DNA of 64,000 nt from positions 1,408,001 to 1,472,000 of the forward strand of contig OZ245040.1 of NCBI GenBank assembly GCA_965224195.1. The letters run 5' to 3'. Below are positions 49,181 to 61,527 of this stretch, piece by piece (the stretch's first letter is position 1; every line of letters starts with the position of its first letter). The position numbers and the translations under genes are program-made. The DNA comes from Nitrosopumilus sp. GTDB taxonomy: Archaea > Thermoproteota > Nitrososphaeria > Nitrososphaerales > Nitrosopumilaceae. The notes below the pieces were generated by a model. It was given only the letters and a program-made list of their open reading frames with translations, did not search any database and was not told the origin of the DNA.

Positions 49181-52100
49181 GTCAAAATGACAAATCCATC
49201 ATAACAAGGATTGAAACTTGCAGATTTGGGCGGATGGACTACATCTACAGAAGTCAAAATGACAAATCCATCATAACAAGGATTGAAACTACTATATTCC
49301 TTCTAGTGCAGAGTATGAAGATTTGTGTCAAAATGACAAATCCATCATAACAAGGATTGAAACATTTAGTTTACGCTAACTATGAATACAATGAAAGGTC
49401 AAAATGACAAATCCATCATAACAAGGATTGAAACGTGTAATCGATTTGCACACCGGCGCAGAAATTGCCAGTCAAAATGACAAATCCATCATAACAAGGA
49501 TTGAAACTTCCGATAATGTCATCTTTTCGCGTTTGGAAATTGTCAAAATGACAAATCCATCATAACAAGGATTGAAACAAAATATCATGACGGATATTGT
49601 AACTCTCATATGCGGTCAAAATGACAAATCCATCATAACAAGGATTGAAACGTCAGGTACGGAATGTTAACATATGAATATACTAAGTCAAAATGACAAA
49701 TCCATCATAACAAGGATTGAAACATTGGTAGGGGCTTGTCATCAGTTATGCCAAGATGTCAAAATGACAAATCCATCATAACAAGGATTGAAACTTTACT
49801 GCTGTTAAATAAATTGATGGTTGCCTAGCAGTCAAAATGACAAATCCATCATAACAAGGATTGAAACTTGTTAGTGTGGCAAAATACAAACGTGGACTAA
49901 AAAGTCAAAATGACAAATCCATCATAACAAGGATTGAAACCGCGTTATTTTCCGGCGGCAAGGATTCCATGACAACGGGTCAAAATGACAAATCCATCAT
50001 AACAAGGATTGAAACGACATTATTGCCCACACCTATAATCAAACCTCCTAGTCAAAATGACAAATCCATCATAACAAGGATTGAAACCTAAGAGAATAGA
50101 GCGTGTTGGTACCGTCAATTAGGTCAAAATGACAAATCCATCATAACAAGGATTGAAACCACACTGGCGCAACGATTGCATCTGATATACTCGTGTCAAA
50201 ATGACAAATCCATCATAACAAGGATTGAAACATTCAGGATGTGATGGGCAAGACAAAGGATACAGAGTCAAAATGACAAATCCATCATAACAAGGATTGA
50301 AACGATATATTTCTGTGGGTTTTGCTTGTGAGAATTGAGTCAAAATGACAAATCCATCATAACAAGGATTGAAACTGACTTTACTGTACATCATAATTTC
50401 TCTCCCGCATTGTCAAAATGACAAATCCATCATAACAAGGATTGAAACTCTACGACGTCTTGCTCGAAAGCATCTCTCACTGCAGTCAAAATGACAAATC
50501 CATCATAACAAGGATTGAAACTAAATTCCATGCAAAATATCCAGATGCTGGTACCAGGTCAAAATGACAAATCCATCATAACAAGGATTGAAACTTTCCC
50601 ATTGCAATGTATCCTTTTGCTGACGTCGGGTCAAAATGACAAATCCATCATAACAAGGATTGAAACTTGAATATCTTGGATGGCCTCTTGGGTCTTCAAG
50701 TAAGTCAAAATGACAAATCCATCATAACAAGGATTGAAACCTCTGCAGCCATCAGTAGTCACCGTCTCCGCTAGAGTCAAAATGACAAATCCATCATAAC
50801 AAGGATTGAAACTTATGGATGATTTCGATAACAAAGTCTACGTCTACAGTCAAAATGACAAATCCATCATAACAAGGATTGAAACCAATCTGTAGGGTCC
50901 ACAGTAGAAGTGAACCAGTATGTCAAAATGACAAATCCATCATAACAAGGATTGAAACTTGTAGTGTAGAGTGCTGTTTTTTGCATCGTGTCAAGTCAAA
51001 ATGACAAATCCATCATAACAAGGATTGAAACTTCCAGGTACCATATGTCCTTTCGAGAATACTCGTTTTCCGTTTAAAAGTCAAAATGACAAATCCATCA
51101 TAACAAGGATTGAAACTTGCCTGGCTCCAGGTATTTCGGTCTGCTATGAATTGCATTGATCGAGTCAAAATGACAAATCCATCATAACAAGGATTGAAAC
51201 AAGGTGTAATATCGCAAGATGATATTATAGCTGGAATAGGTCAAAATGACAAATCCATCATAACAAGGATTGAAACTTTGACTTGCTACCAAAACAGTAG
51301 CATGGACATACTAGGTCAAAATGACAAATCCATCATAACAAGGATTGAAACTCTCAAACTGAGTATCCCCATTTGCCTGAAAGAGGAAGTCAAAATGACA
51401 AATCCATCATAACAAGGATTGAAACTTTGCTTGATTTTGTGGGCAGAAACTGTGGCAGCCAAAGTCAAAATGACAAATCCATCATAACAAGGATTGAAAC
51501 CAAAGTCTACACGACATCAGCCACAGTAGGTAAATGTCAAAATGACAAATCCATCATAACAAGGATTGAAACTGAAATTGAAATTCCTATCGACTTTGCA
51601 TTAATCCGAGTCAAAATGACAAATCCATCATAACAAGGATTGAAACTGTTACGGATGATGCCAAAGACAAAATCTACGTCTGTCAAAATGACAAATCCAT
51701 CATAACAAGGATTGAAACAACAGTCCTTGTCTGCCTTTAAAGGAATACCTTATGTCAAAATGACAAATCCATCATAACAAGGATTGAAACGTAATAATGT
51801 GCAAGGCATGCATGACATAACAAACGTCAAAATGACAAATCCATCATAACAAGGATTGAAACTCCCGATGCCAATCTGTTGCAGCATGTTCTCTCAGGTC
51901 AAAATGACAAATCCATCATAACAAGGATTGAAACAGGCAGACGTCTTTGATTTGACAGGTTTCTTATTTTGTCAAAATGACAAATCCATCATAACAAGGA
52001 TTGAAACTGAGAAGTCATGGATTATCAACTGACACTGTTACAGTCAAAATGACAAATCCATCATAACAAGGATTGAAACTCTAAGATGATATCTGGCAGT

Positions 52101-55100
52101 TCTTCGATTTTCATGTCAAAATGACAAATCCATCATAACAAGGATTGAAACTGATATCTAACGTCATGATATCACAGCCTGCGTTGTCAAAATGACAAAT
52201 CCATCATAACAAGGATTGAAACCTATGCATAGGCATATTTTTGCTATACCTAGAAAAGTCAAAATGACAAATCCATCATAACAAGGATTGAAACATGTTG
52301 ATGCACTAAGACCTGTGGACTCATATTACGTCAAAATGACAAATCCATCATAACAAGGATTGAAACATACGGAAAAAGAAGCCCGATTATTTTGGGCTAC
52401 TTACGGTGTCAAAATGACAAATCCATCATAACAAGGATTGAAACGATGCCAAGTCAATGCCGTACATGAACCGATGATCAGTCAAAATGACAAATCCATC
52501 ATAACAAGGATTGAAACACGATTGTTCCCTTTCTGTATTCTTCCTGCTCTGAGTCAAAATGACAAATCCATCATAACAAGGATTGAAACAGACGCGAATG
52601 AGACAGCTTGAAGGATTTCAAAGAATGTCAAAATGACAAATCCATCATAACAAGGATTGAAACTTTGCCTGCCGCCTCTTCTTTTTGTCTTTCCATCTTC
52701 GTCAAAATGACAAATCCATCATAACAAGGATTGAAACCGACAATAAGAACTGATGATATTATTAAATCAGCTGCAAGTCAAAATGACAAATCCATCATAA
52801 CAAGGATTGAAACCGCCTAGCATTGCATACGACAGAACTATAACGAGTCAAAATGACAAATCCATCATAACAAGGATTGAAACAACTGATATTTCGACTG
52901 ACATTAACGGCGTGTTGAAGTCAAAATGACAAATCCATCATAACAAGGATTGAAACCCGATGACAATGATGTAACAATGCACATCACACGCAGTCAAAAT
53001 GACAAATCCATCATAACAAGGATTGAAACTCGTTGCCAAGAAAATACCACAACGAAGTACCTACCGTGTCAAAATGACAAATCCATCATAACAAGGATTG
53101 AAACCAGGTTTGCACCTCTCAGGTCTGCGTTTTGCAGGTTGTCAAAATGACAAATCCATCATAACAAGGATTGAAACCGATTGAAGCGCCGGTCTTTGTA
53201 TCGTCATATGTTGTCAAAATGACAAATCCATCATAACAAGGATTGAAACATATTATCACAGCTATATAGGCTGCCTTTAGCTGACCTTGTCAAAATGACA
53301 AATCCATCATAACAAGGATTGAAACACAGCGGGTCCAGTCTGGCTAGGTTGGGAAATCTGTAGTCAAAATGACAAATCCATCATAACAAGGATTGAAACA
53401 TAGAAATTCCAAAGATACTGTTGTTATCTACAGGTCAAAATGACAAATCCATCATAACAAGGATTGAAACCACCGACTCCAAAATGATATAGGTATAGCC
53501 TTGTCAAAATGACAAATCCATCATAACAAGGATTGAAACAATTGAAGGCTTTGTTAGTTTTCTTGATATTTTCAGTCAAAATGACAAATCCATCATAACA
53601 AGGATTGAAACACGTTGCTTACGGCTTGGTGCCATTTTCCTGCCACAGGTCAAAATGACAAATCCATCATAACAAGGATTGAAACATTATGCAGGTGAGG
53701 ACGTATATCAATCGCCAAGTCAAAATGACAAATCCATCATAACAAGGATTGAAACTACATATCATCACTATGACACGTATTGCAAATTCTGGGTCAAAAT
53801 GACAAATCCATCATAACAAGGATTGAAACCATGTGCTGCTGTTACTTCTGCTGCTGATGCTGCTGTCAAAATGACAAATCCATCATAACAAGGATTGAAA
53901 CTACAGAAGAACGGATGCAACGCCGCGAAACTCTACGGTCAAAATGACAAATCCATCATAACAAGGATTGAAACATTCGGCCATAGTCATAGTGTTATAG
54001 TGCTGTTGGGTCAAAATGACAAATCCATCATAACAAGGATTGAAACACGATAGTCCGTTTTCTGACCCAGATTTTATTTTAGGTCAAAATGACAAATCCA
54101 TCATAACAAGGATTGAAACCGAAAACAATCATCTGTGTATATGTCTGACGTGGCGGTCAAAATGACAAATCCATCATAACAAGGATTGAAACTTAAATCT
54201 GCCAAGTGAACCAAGTCCGCCATTGCGAGTCAAAATGACAAATCCATCATAACAAGGATTGAAACTTTGTGGACCTGATTTATAATTTATAATCCTACGA
54301 GGTCAAAATGACAAATCCATCATAACAAGGATTGAAACCTAGATAATCTAGGTTATTGGACTGATAATAGATGCAGTCAAAATGACAAATCCATCATAAC
54401 AAGGATTGAAACTATTGACTAATCAATGAGCTCAACAGAAACATTCCATGTCAAAATGACAAATCCATCATAACAAGGATTGAAACACAAGTGAACCAAT
54501 TATTATGTTAAGATGGATGACAGTCAAAATGACAAATCCATCATAACAAGGATTGAAACTTGTTGTAAGAAATGTTACGGCTCTGCCACCTTTTGGTCAA
54601 AATGACAAATCCATCATAACAAGGATTGAAACCAATTACTACAGATGTATACGGACTGATGTACATGGTCAAAATGACAAATCCATCATAACAAGGATTG
54701 AAACATGGTACCTGGGCAATTAGATCAAATCGCAGCAGCGGTCAAAATGACAAATCCATCATAACAAGGATTGAAACTCAGGTTTGCACCTTGCAGATAT
54801 GCACCTATCAGGTCAAAATGACAAATCCATCATAACAAGGATTGAAACACGTATCAGCTTACATCACTGACGGTACAAGAACAGTCAAAATGACAAATCC
54901 ATCATAACAAGGATTGAAACAACGGAAACATATCAACGAGGTGGGAACGGCAGAAGTCAAAATGACAAATCCATCATAACAAGGATTGAAACACGGCAAT
55001 TTGGTTGGTACCTTTTTTTTATTAGGCCAGGTCAAAATGACAAATCCATCATAACAAGGATTGAAACTGGCTTTGCACGACACCATGGGATTGCGCCAGG

Positions 55101-58100
55101 AGAAGTCAAAATGACAAATCCATCATAACAAGGATTGAAACATTGAACGCAGTGTTGGAACTGTATCATCTGTAAAAGTCAAAATGACAAATCCATCATA
55201 ACAAGGATTGAAACACACGACGGATAATAAATTACAAGAGTGGCCCCCAAAGTCAAAATGACAAATCCATCATAACAAGGATTGAAACGGTTGGAATCGA
55301 ATCGTGTTCTAGACATACAGCGTTGTCAAAATGACAAATCCATCATAACAAGGATTGAAACCGTTAAAAATGCAAAAAGTGCTGCACTTGTAGACACAGT
55401 CAAAATGACAAATCCATCATAACAAGGATTGAAACTACCGAAGAACGGATACAACGCCAAGAAAATCTGTGTCAAAATGACAAATCCATCATAACAAGGA
55501 TTGAAACATTTTGACGCGTGTATGTTTTCGATTATTACATTATGTCAAAATGACAAATCCATCATAACAAGGATTGAAACCGTTGCCAGCTTGTAAATGG
55601 CTTGATTTTGTTCATGTCAAAATGACAAATCCATCATAACAAGGATTGAAACACAACATAATCGTTGGGTAAAAATTAACATCGCCAATGTCAAAATGAC
55701 AAATCCATCATAACAAGGATTGAAACTCTACGACCTCTGGCTCAAATGCATCTCTCACCGCAGTCAAAATGACAAATCCATCATAACAAGGATTGAAACC
55801 AACAATGTGACAAAAAAATGGAAAATGGGCCCAAGTCAAAATGACAAATCCATCATAACAAGGATTGAAACTTCGTGCAAAACATCAATTATCATTTTGT
55901 TACCAAGGTCAAAATGACAAATCCATCATAACAAGGATTGAAACAATGACTAATGTAACATTATCACAAAAAGTAACAAAGTCAAAATGACAAATCCATC
56001 ATAACAAGGATTGAAACTCCGTACGAATAAACCAACGCTCGTATCGGTCATGTCAAAATGACAAATCCATCATAACAAGGATTGAAACTAATTTAATTCG
56101 TGTTTGATCAACAGCTACAGAAGGTAGTCAAAATGACAAATCCATCATAACAAGGATTGAAACTTGTATGATCTTTCAAAGTCATAGGGTGTCAGCATAG
56201 TCAAAATGACAAATCCATCATAACAAGGATTGAAACTTAGTTGTATTAGATTTCAGTGTTCTTGCTATACTGTCAAAATGACAAATCCATCATAACAAGG
56301 ATTGAAACGGATGGCTTGCTTCTTTTGTACGCTTTTACCGAAGTCAAAATGACAAATCCATCATAACAAGGATTGAAACTGAATGGCATTGATCGAGGAT
56401 CCATTAGATTTCCTTGTCAAAATGACAAATCCATCATAACAAGGATTGAAACAAGACACCTGGCGTGGGCGATAGAATCGAATCTGAAAAAGTCAAAATG
56501 ACAAATCCATCATAACAAGGATTGAAACATTATTTTTCCTATCTCGTTGAAATTAACTTCTAAGTCAAAATGACAAATCCATCATAACAAGGATTGAAAC
56601 TGGATAATCATGAAGGCGACATTATGCGTGATATAGTCAAAATGACAAATCCATCATAACAAGGATTGAAACAGAAGAAATGAATCAGTCATTCTTGTTT
56701 GGGCCTCTGTCAAAATGACAAATCCATCATAACAAGGATTGAAACTTGGTTCAGAATTTTCATCTAGGATGCTCAACTAAGTCAAAATGACAAATCCATC
56801 ATAACAAGGATTGAAACTGTGAAAAGTCATCCATTTTTCTTTTGTTTTTTATTCGCTGTCAAAATGACAAATCCATCATAACAAGGATTGAAACTCACAC
56901 ACCTCATGGCCATTTCACCTTTTCCATGTCAAAATGACAAATCCATCATAACAAGGATTGAAACTGTTGTTGTAATGTTACGACTTCATCGAACATTTGA
57001 AGAGTCAAAATGACAAATCCATCATAACAAGGATTGAAACCGACTTCAGGAACGCGAGCTATACAGGCTTGGCTAGGTCAAAATGACAAATCCATCATAA
57101 CAAGGATTGAAACTGCAGGAATGTACGGAAAGTTCCCACGCAACTGCCAGTCAAAATGACAAATCCATCATAACAAGGATTGAAACCATTGAATTAATCA
57201 AAAAAAATATGGGATTACCCAAAGTCAAAATGACAAATCCATCATAACAAGGATTGAAACACAAGCTCTGCTCCTAATCCTGGTGCTACTTCTGCTGTCA
57301 AAATGACAAATCCATCATAACAAGGATTGAAACTGTGATCATATTCATCTCTATGTCTGCCGTGCTCCAAGTCAAAATGACAAATCCATCATAACAAGGA
57401 TTGAAACCATTGTCTCCATCAGGCCAGGAAACATTTCCAAAGGTCAAAATGACAAATCCATCATAACAAGGATTGAAACGCTTTAACTCCCAGTTCTTCC
57501 ATCATTGCAATTCGTAGTCAAAATGACAAATCCATCATAACAAGGATTGAAACTGAGATGATATATTTGCCAAGATTTGGGTAATATGGTCAAAATGACA
57601 AATCCATCATAACAAGGATTGAAACATTTGGGTGACTCAAACTATGAGGAGCTGTACATGCAGGTCAAAATGACAAATCCATCATAACAAGGATTGAAAC
57701 ATGTAGTATTATCATCAATCAAATTTCATTTCCCCAGGTCAAAATGACAAATCCATCATAACAAGGATTGAAACTTCACTATCAGGGATATTCAGGTCCC
57801 TTATTTTTGTGTCAAAATGACAAATCCATCATAACAAGGATTGAAACCAGCGTGAAAAAGAATATCGACAAAGACCAGATGGTCAAAATGACAAATCCAT
57901 CATAACAAGGATTGAAACGATGTACAAATCGAATCAAACAATGCGGCACGTATAGTCAAAATGACAAATCCATCATAACAAGGATTGAAACCGTATGCCT
58001 CAGTATTTTGCATTCGGGTTCTTAGGGTCAAAATGACAAATCCATCATAACAAGGATTGAAACATGGGAACAACTAGTCCACAAATACAAATCTCCACGG

Positions 58101-58783
58101 TCAAAATGACAAATCCATCATAACAAGGATTGAAACAGGACACCCTAAAGGCAACTGACCCAAAGTTTACGGGGTCAAAATGACAAATCCATCATAACAA
58201 GGATTGAAACTGGCCTTGCACGACACCATGGGATTGCGCCAGGAAAGTCAAAATGACAAATCCATCATAACAAGGATTGAAACATTTCTTTGTCAAGCTG
58301 AATTAATTCGATTCTGTGTCAAAATGACAAATCCATCATAACAAGGATTGAAACATAAGTTCCCATCCCCTATTGCCATTCCCTCAGGTCAAAATGACAA
58401 ATCCATCATAACAAGGATTGAAACGGATGAATGACAGCACTGTCGGGCCGCCACTTGATAGTCAAAATGACAAATCCATCATAACAAGGATTGAAACTCA
58501 GAGCAAGAAAACTACCGAAAGGGAACAATCAGTCAAAATGACAAATCCATCATAACAAGGATTGAAACAGCAATATCGATAAAAAGATTGCAATTCCAAA
58601 AGGTCAAAATGACAAATCCATCATAACAAGGATTGAAACAACATTCCTTGACGCCCTTTGAAGGTATATCTTATGTCAAAATGACAAATCCATCATAACA
58701 AGGATTGAAACTATCCGATTGTTCCATCTGATGAATATCTCATGTTGTCAAAATGACAAATCCATCATAACAAGGATTGAAAC
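49181..58783 (+). CRISPR. CRISPR array, 37-bp repeat GTCAAAATGACAAATCCATCATAACAAGGATTGAAAC, ~132 repeats/131 spacers
   Basis: Repeats counted manually. Spacers are mostly in the low-to-high 30s nt, with two of 47-48 nt; no variant repeat noticed. Confidence 0.99.
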
Positions 58784-58811
58784 ATTAGATAGACACATCA
58801 CAAATACCATC

Positions 58812-58920
58812 TTTCAGGAATATTCTTTGCAGGCTACCCCAGTTGTTCTAAATCAAATTGTATTTCTTGAATTTTCTTCTGTAAATCATAGGTAATTTCT
58901 CCAGCACCAATATTTGTCAA
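58812..58920 (-). pseudogene. 5' half of the gene split by the CRISPR island
   Basis: TTG 58920: MTNIGAGEITYDLQKKIQEIQFDLEQLG*PAKNIPE, with an internal TAG at 58834-58836. Confidence 0.75.
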
Positions 58921-59057
58921 TATAAAATCACGGGATTATTAACGAATTAAAGATTTTCTAAAGAGTACAAATAATGAAAAACATTCATGCAAAAAAGAGC
59001 CTAAATGAAGTATAATTTGGAAACAACCTATAAACAAAATAAAAATACAAAAAACCC

Positions 59058-60485
59058 ATGATGAGAATTTTTTGTTTTTTATTTGTAATTTTGATCAGTG
59101 TAGGAATTACTAGTGAATCAGCATTTGCTCAAACAGAAAATGATCTTGAAGTAATGTTCAATCAAGCTAAAGAGCACTTTGTAAATGGAGAATACAAACA
59201 GGCAATTGCAATTTATGATGAAATACTAGAGATCGCCCCAAGCAATATTTCAACTTTAAAAATGAAAGGTATTGTTCAAAGTAATCTTGATGAGCATTCT
59301 AGTTCACTAAAACAATTTTTCAAAGTATTACAGCAAAAACCAAATGACATTATTTCTTTAACAGGTATGGGAGTAGGTTTTGGAAATTTGGGAGAATATC
59401 AAGAATCAATTACATATTTTGAAAAAGCGTCAATTGAAAAACCAGACAGCATAGTGATAAATAATTATAAAGATTTTATCAACAATGTAATTTCAAAATA
59501 CCCATACACACCAACTGAAAAGCCCGAACAAACAGAATCAGCGCAAATAATATCCATTCCAGAATGGATAAGACCAATAGCAAAATGGTGGTCAGAAGGA
59601 GACATAGAGGATTCAGAATTTAATTCAGCCTTAATGTATTTAATAGAAAATAAAATAATTCAAATTCCACCAATAAATACAATCAGCCAATCAAATGAAG
59701 AAATTCCAGAGTGGGTAAAAACTAATGCAGGATGGTGGGCAGATAAACAACTAGAAGATACAGAATTTGTATCAGGCATTCAATATTTAATTGAAAAAGG
59801 CATCATCAAAATAAAAATAGAAAATCAGCCAGGAAAATCTCAAAAAGAACTAGAACTTGAGTTTTACTTGTTTGAAAAATATCTCAGAGATATTTCAAAT
59901 AATATATCTAAAGAAAAAAGATACATTGAATTTCCCAACCCAAGTCAAGATGTCATAAAAAAATTCCTTAGAGATTATATTAAATGGAATTTTGAAGAGG
60001 AGGTAAAAAAAGCATCATCGAAATTCCCAGATCCTGCTTATCAAATTAACGATGGAGCATACATTATCAACTACAAAGTATTCATAAATGATCAGCCCAC
60101 CGGCCTTCCATTAAACCATGTAAGTACATTAGAAAATTCTTTTAGTTTTTGGGAAGAACAGGAATTGACAACGGATAATCAAAGTGCAAAAATAAAATTT
60201 GCTGTAACTAATCTCAAACACGAAGCAAATGTCTGGGTAACATGGGTTGTGCGCGATATTGGAGATGGTGTATTAGGGCATGCACATATTGGAAAGGGAG
60301 TAGTAGAAGTCACATTGGGGGATTACAATTGTGACGGTAGTTTTCAGTTATACGATGTAAATAGTGTTGAAACAATCATGACTCATGAATTAGGTCATTC
60401 AATTGGATTGAAACATGTTAGTGAAAAAAACAACATAATGTATCCATCATTTACACCATCATATGCATACTGTTTGCTGAATTAA
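59058..60485 (+). CDS. Secreted TPR + matrixin-like zinc metalloprotease
   Basis: Signal peptide, TPR repeats, two IPEW...WW thaumarchaeal domains, HELGHSIGLKH and Met-turn. Confidence 0.9.
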   Translation: MMRIFCFLFVILISVGITSESAFAQTENDLEVMFNQAKEHFVNGEYKQAIAIYDEILEIAPSNISTLKMKGIVQSNLDEHSSSLKQFFKVLQQKPNDIISLTGMGVGFGNLGEYQESITYFEKASIEKPDSIVINNYKDFINNVISKYPYTPTEKPEQTESAQIISIPEWIRPIAKWWSEGDIEDSEFNSALMYLIENKIIQIPPINTISQSNEEIPEWVKTNAGWWADKQLEDTEFVSGIQYLIEKGIIKIKIENQPGKSQKELELEFYLFEKYLRDISNNISKEKRYIEFPNPSQDVIKKFLRDYIKWNFEEEVKKASSKFPDPAYQINDGAYIINYKVFINDQPTGLPLNHVSTLENSFSFWEEQELTTDNQSAKIKFAVTNLKHEANVWVTWVVRDIGDGVLGHAHIGKGVVEVTLGDYNCDGSFQLYDVNSVETIMTHELGHSIGLKHVSEKNNIMYPSFTPSYAYCLLN

Positions 60486-60597
60486 ATTTAAAAAAGCTAG
60501 ATCATGTTCTAGAAATTTAGAATTAGGATTAGCTCAACCTACACACAATTAACCTGCAGATATTTCGTAGAATGGATAATAAGGTATTTTTATAGTT

Positions 60598-61521
60598 ATG
60601 TGTATTGTGCTTAAAAATACAATGATCAATAGTCCAAAATGTCCATCGTGTGGAGATAAAAAAATGATCACAGATCAAAATACAGGTGAATTGTTCTGTA
60701 GTAAATGCGGATTAGTAGTTACAGATAAAATTTTAGACACAGGTGCAGAATGGCGTTCGTTTTCAAATGATGAAGGAAACAAAGCTAGAACAGGTGCAGG
60801 TACATCATTAACAATGCACGATATGGGATTATCAACTGTAATCGGTGCTGTAAACAAAGATGCAACAGGCAAACCACTATCTGCAAGTGTTAAAAGTTCA
60901 ATTGAAAGATTAAGAACTTGGGATAGTAGAAGTCAAGCACATTCATCAGCAGATAAAAATTTGAGGCAAGCACTTAATGAAATGGACAAATTAAAAGATA
61001 AACTCGCCTTAACTGATGCAGTAATTGAGAAAGCAGCTTACATTTACAGAAAGGCAATGGAGAAAAAACTTGTGAGAGGCCGTTCTATTCAAGGATTAGT
61101 AGCAGCATGTCTTTATGCGTCATGCAGAAATACAGAAACACCTAGAACATTAGATGATATTGCAAAAGGAATCAACATTAAAAGAAAAGATGTTGCCAGA
61201 TGTTATAGATTAATTTTCAGAGAACTTGAACTAAAAATGCCAGTTGTAGACCCCGTAAAAGGAGTTTCTAGAATTGCAAGTATTGCTGAGCTTAGCGAGA
61301 AAAGCAAACGAAAAGCAATTGCAATTTTAAATCAAGCAAAAGACCTAGGAATAGTAGCAGGAAAGGATCCAATGGGGATTGCGGCAGCTGCACTTTATCT
61401 TGCATGTATCAGTATAGGTGAGGTAAAATCTCAAAAAGACATCTCTATTGCATCAGGAGTTACAGAGGTAACAATTAGAAATAGATGCGCAGGATTAAGA
61501 CAAATGCTAAAAAACGAATAA
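60598..61521 (+). CDS. tfb: Transcription initiation factor IIB
   Basis: CPSC..CSKC Zn ribbon, EWRSF, RGRS, GKDP, GVTEVTIRNR. Confidence 0.96.
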   Translation: MCIVLKNTMINSPKCPSCGDKKMITDQNTGELFCSKCGLVVTDKILDTGAEWRSFSNDEGNKARTGAGTSLTMHDMGLSTVIGAVNKDATGKPLSASVKSSIERLRTWDSRSQAHSSADKNLRQALNEMDKLKDKLALTDAVIEKAAYIYRKAMEKKLVRGRSIQGLVAACLYASCRNTETPRTLDDIAKGINIKRKDVARCYRLIFRELELKMPVVDPVKGVSRIASIAELSEKSKRKAIAILNQAKDLGIVAGKDPMGIAAAALYLACISIGEVKSQKDISIASGVTEVTIRNRCAGLRQMLKNE

Positions 61522-61527
61522 AAAAGA

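Larger units (their letters stand above)
36703..58811. mobile_element. ~22.1-kb inserted island carrying type I-B CRISPR-Cas
   Basis: Flanked by TTTCAGGAA at 36694-36702 and 58812-58820; removing it restores one reading frame. 14-bp direct repeat ACATCACAAATACC near both ends (36722, 58795). Confidence 0.8.

Noticed and set aside
53830-53864. Spacer resembling 15121-15165 of the giant gene (self-targeting)
   Set aside because: Low-complexity (GCT)n similarity that needs gaps. No convincing self-match was seen, though an exhaustive search was not possible.
54193-54522. Two spacers sharing CAAGTGAACCAA
   Set aside because: A 12-nt match at different offsets with unrelated flanks; plausible by chance.
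49861-55917. ORFs inside the CRISPR array (QNDKSIITRIET repeats)
   Set aside because: Translations of repeat-spacer units.
36703-58811. Island as a CAST or casposon
   Set aside because: No tnsABC/tniQ or TGT..ACA ends with a 5-bp TSD; no polB or long TIRs; cas1 sits in a normal cas1-cas2-cas4 module and cas3 is intact.
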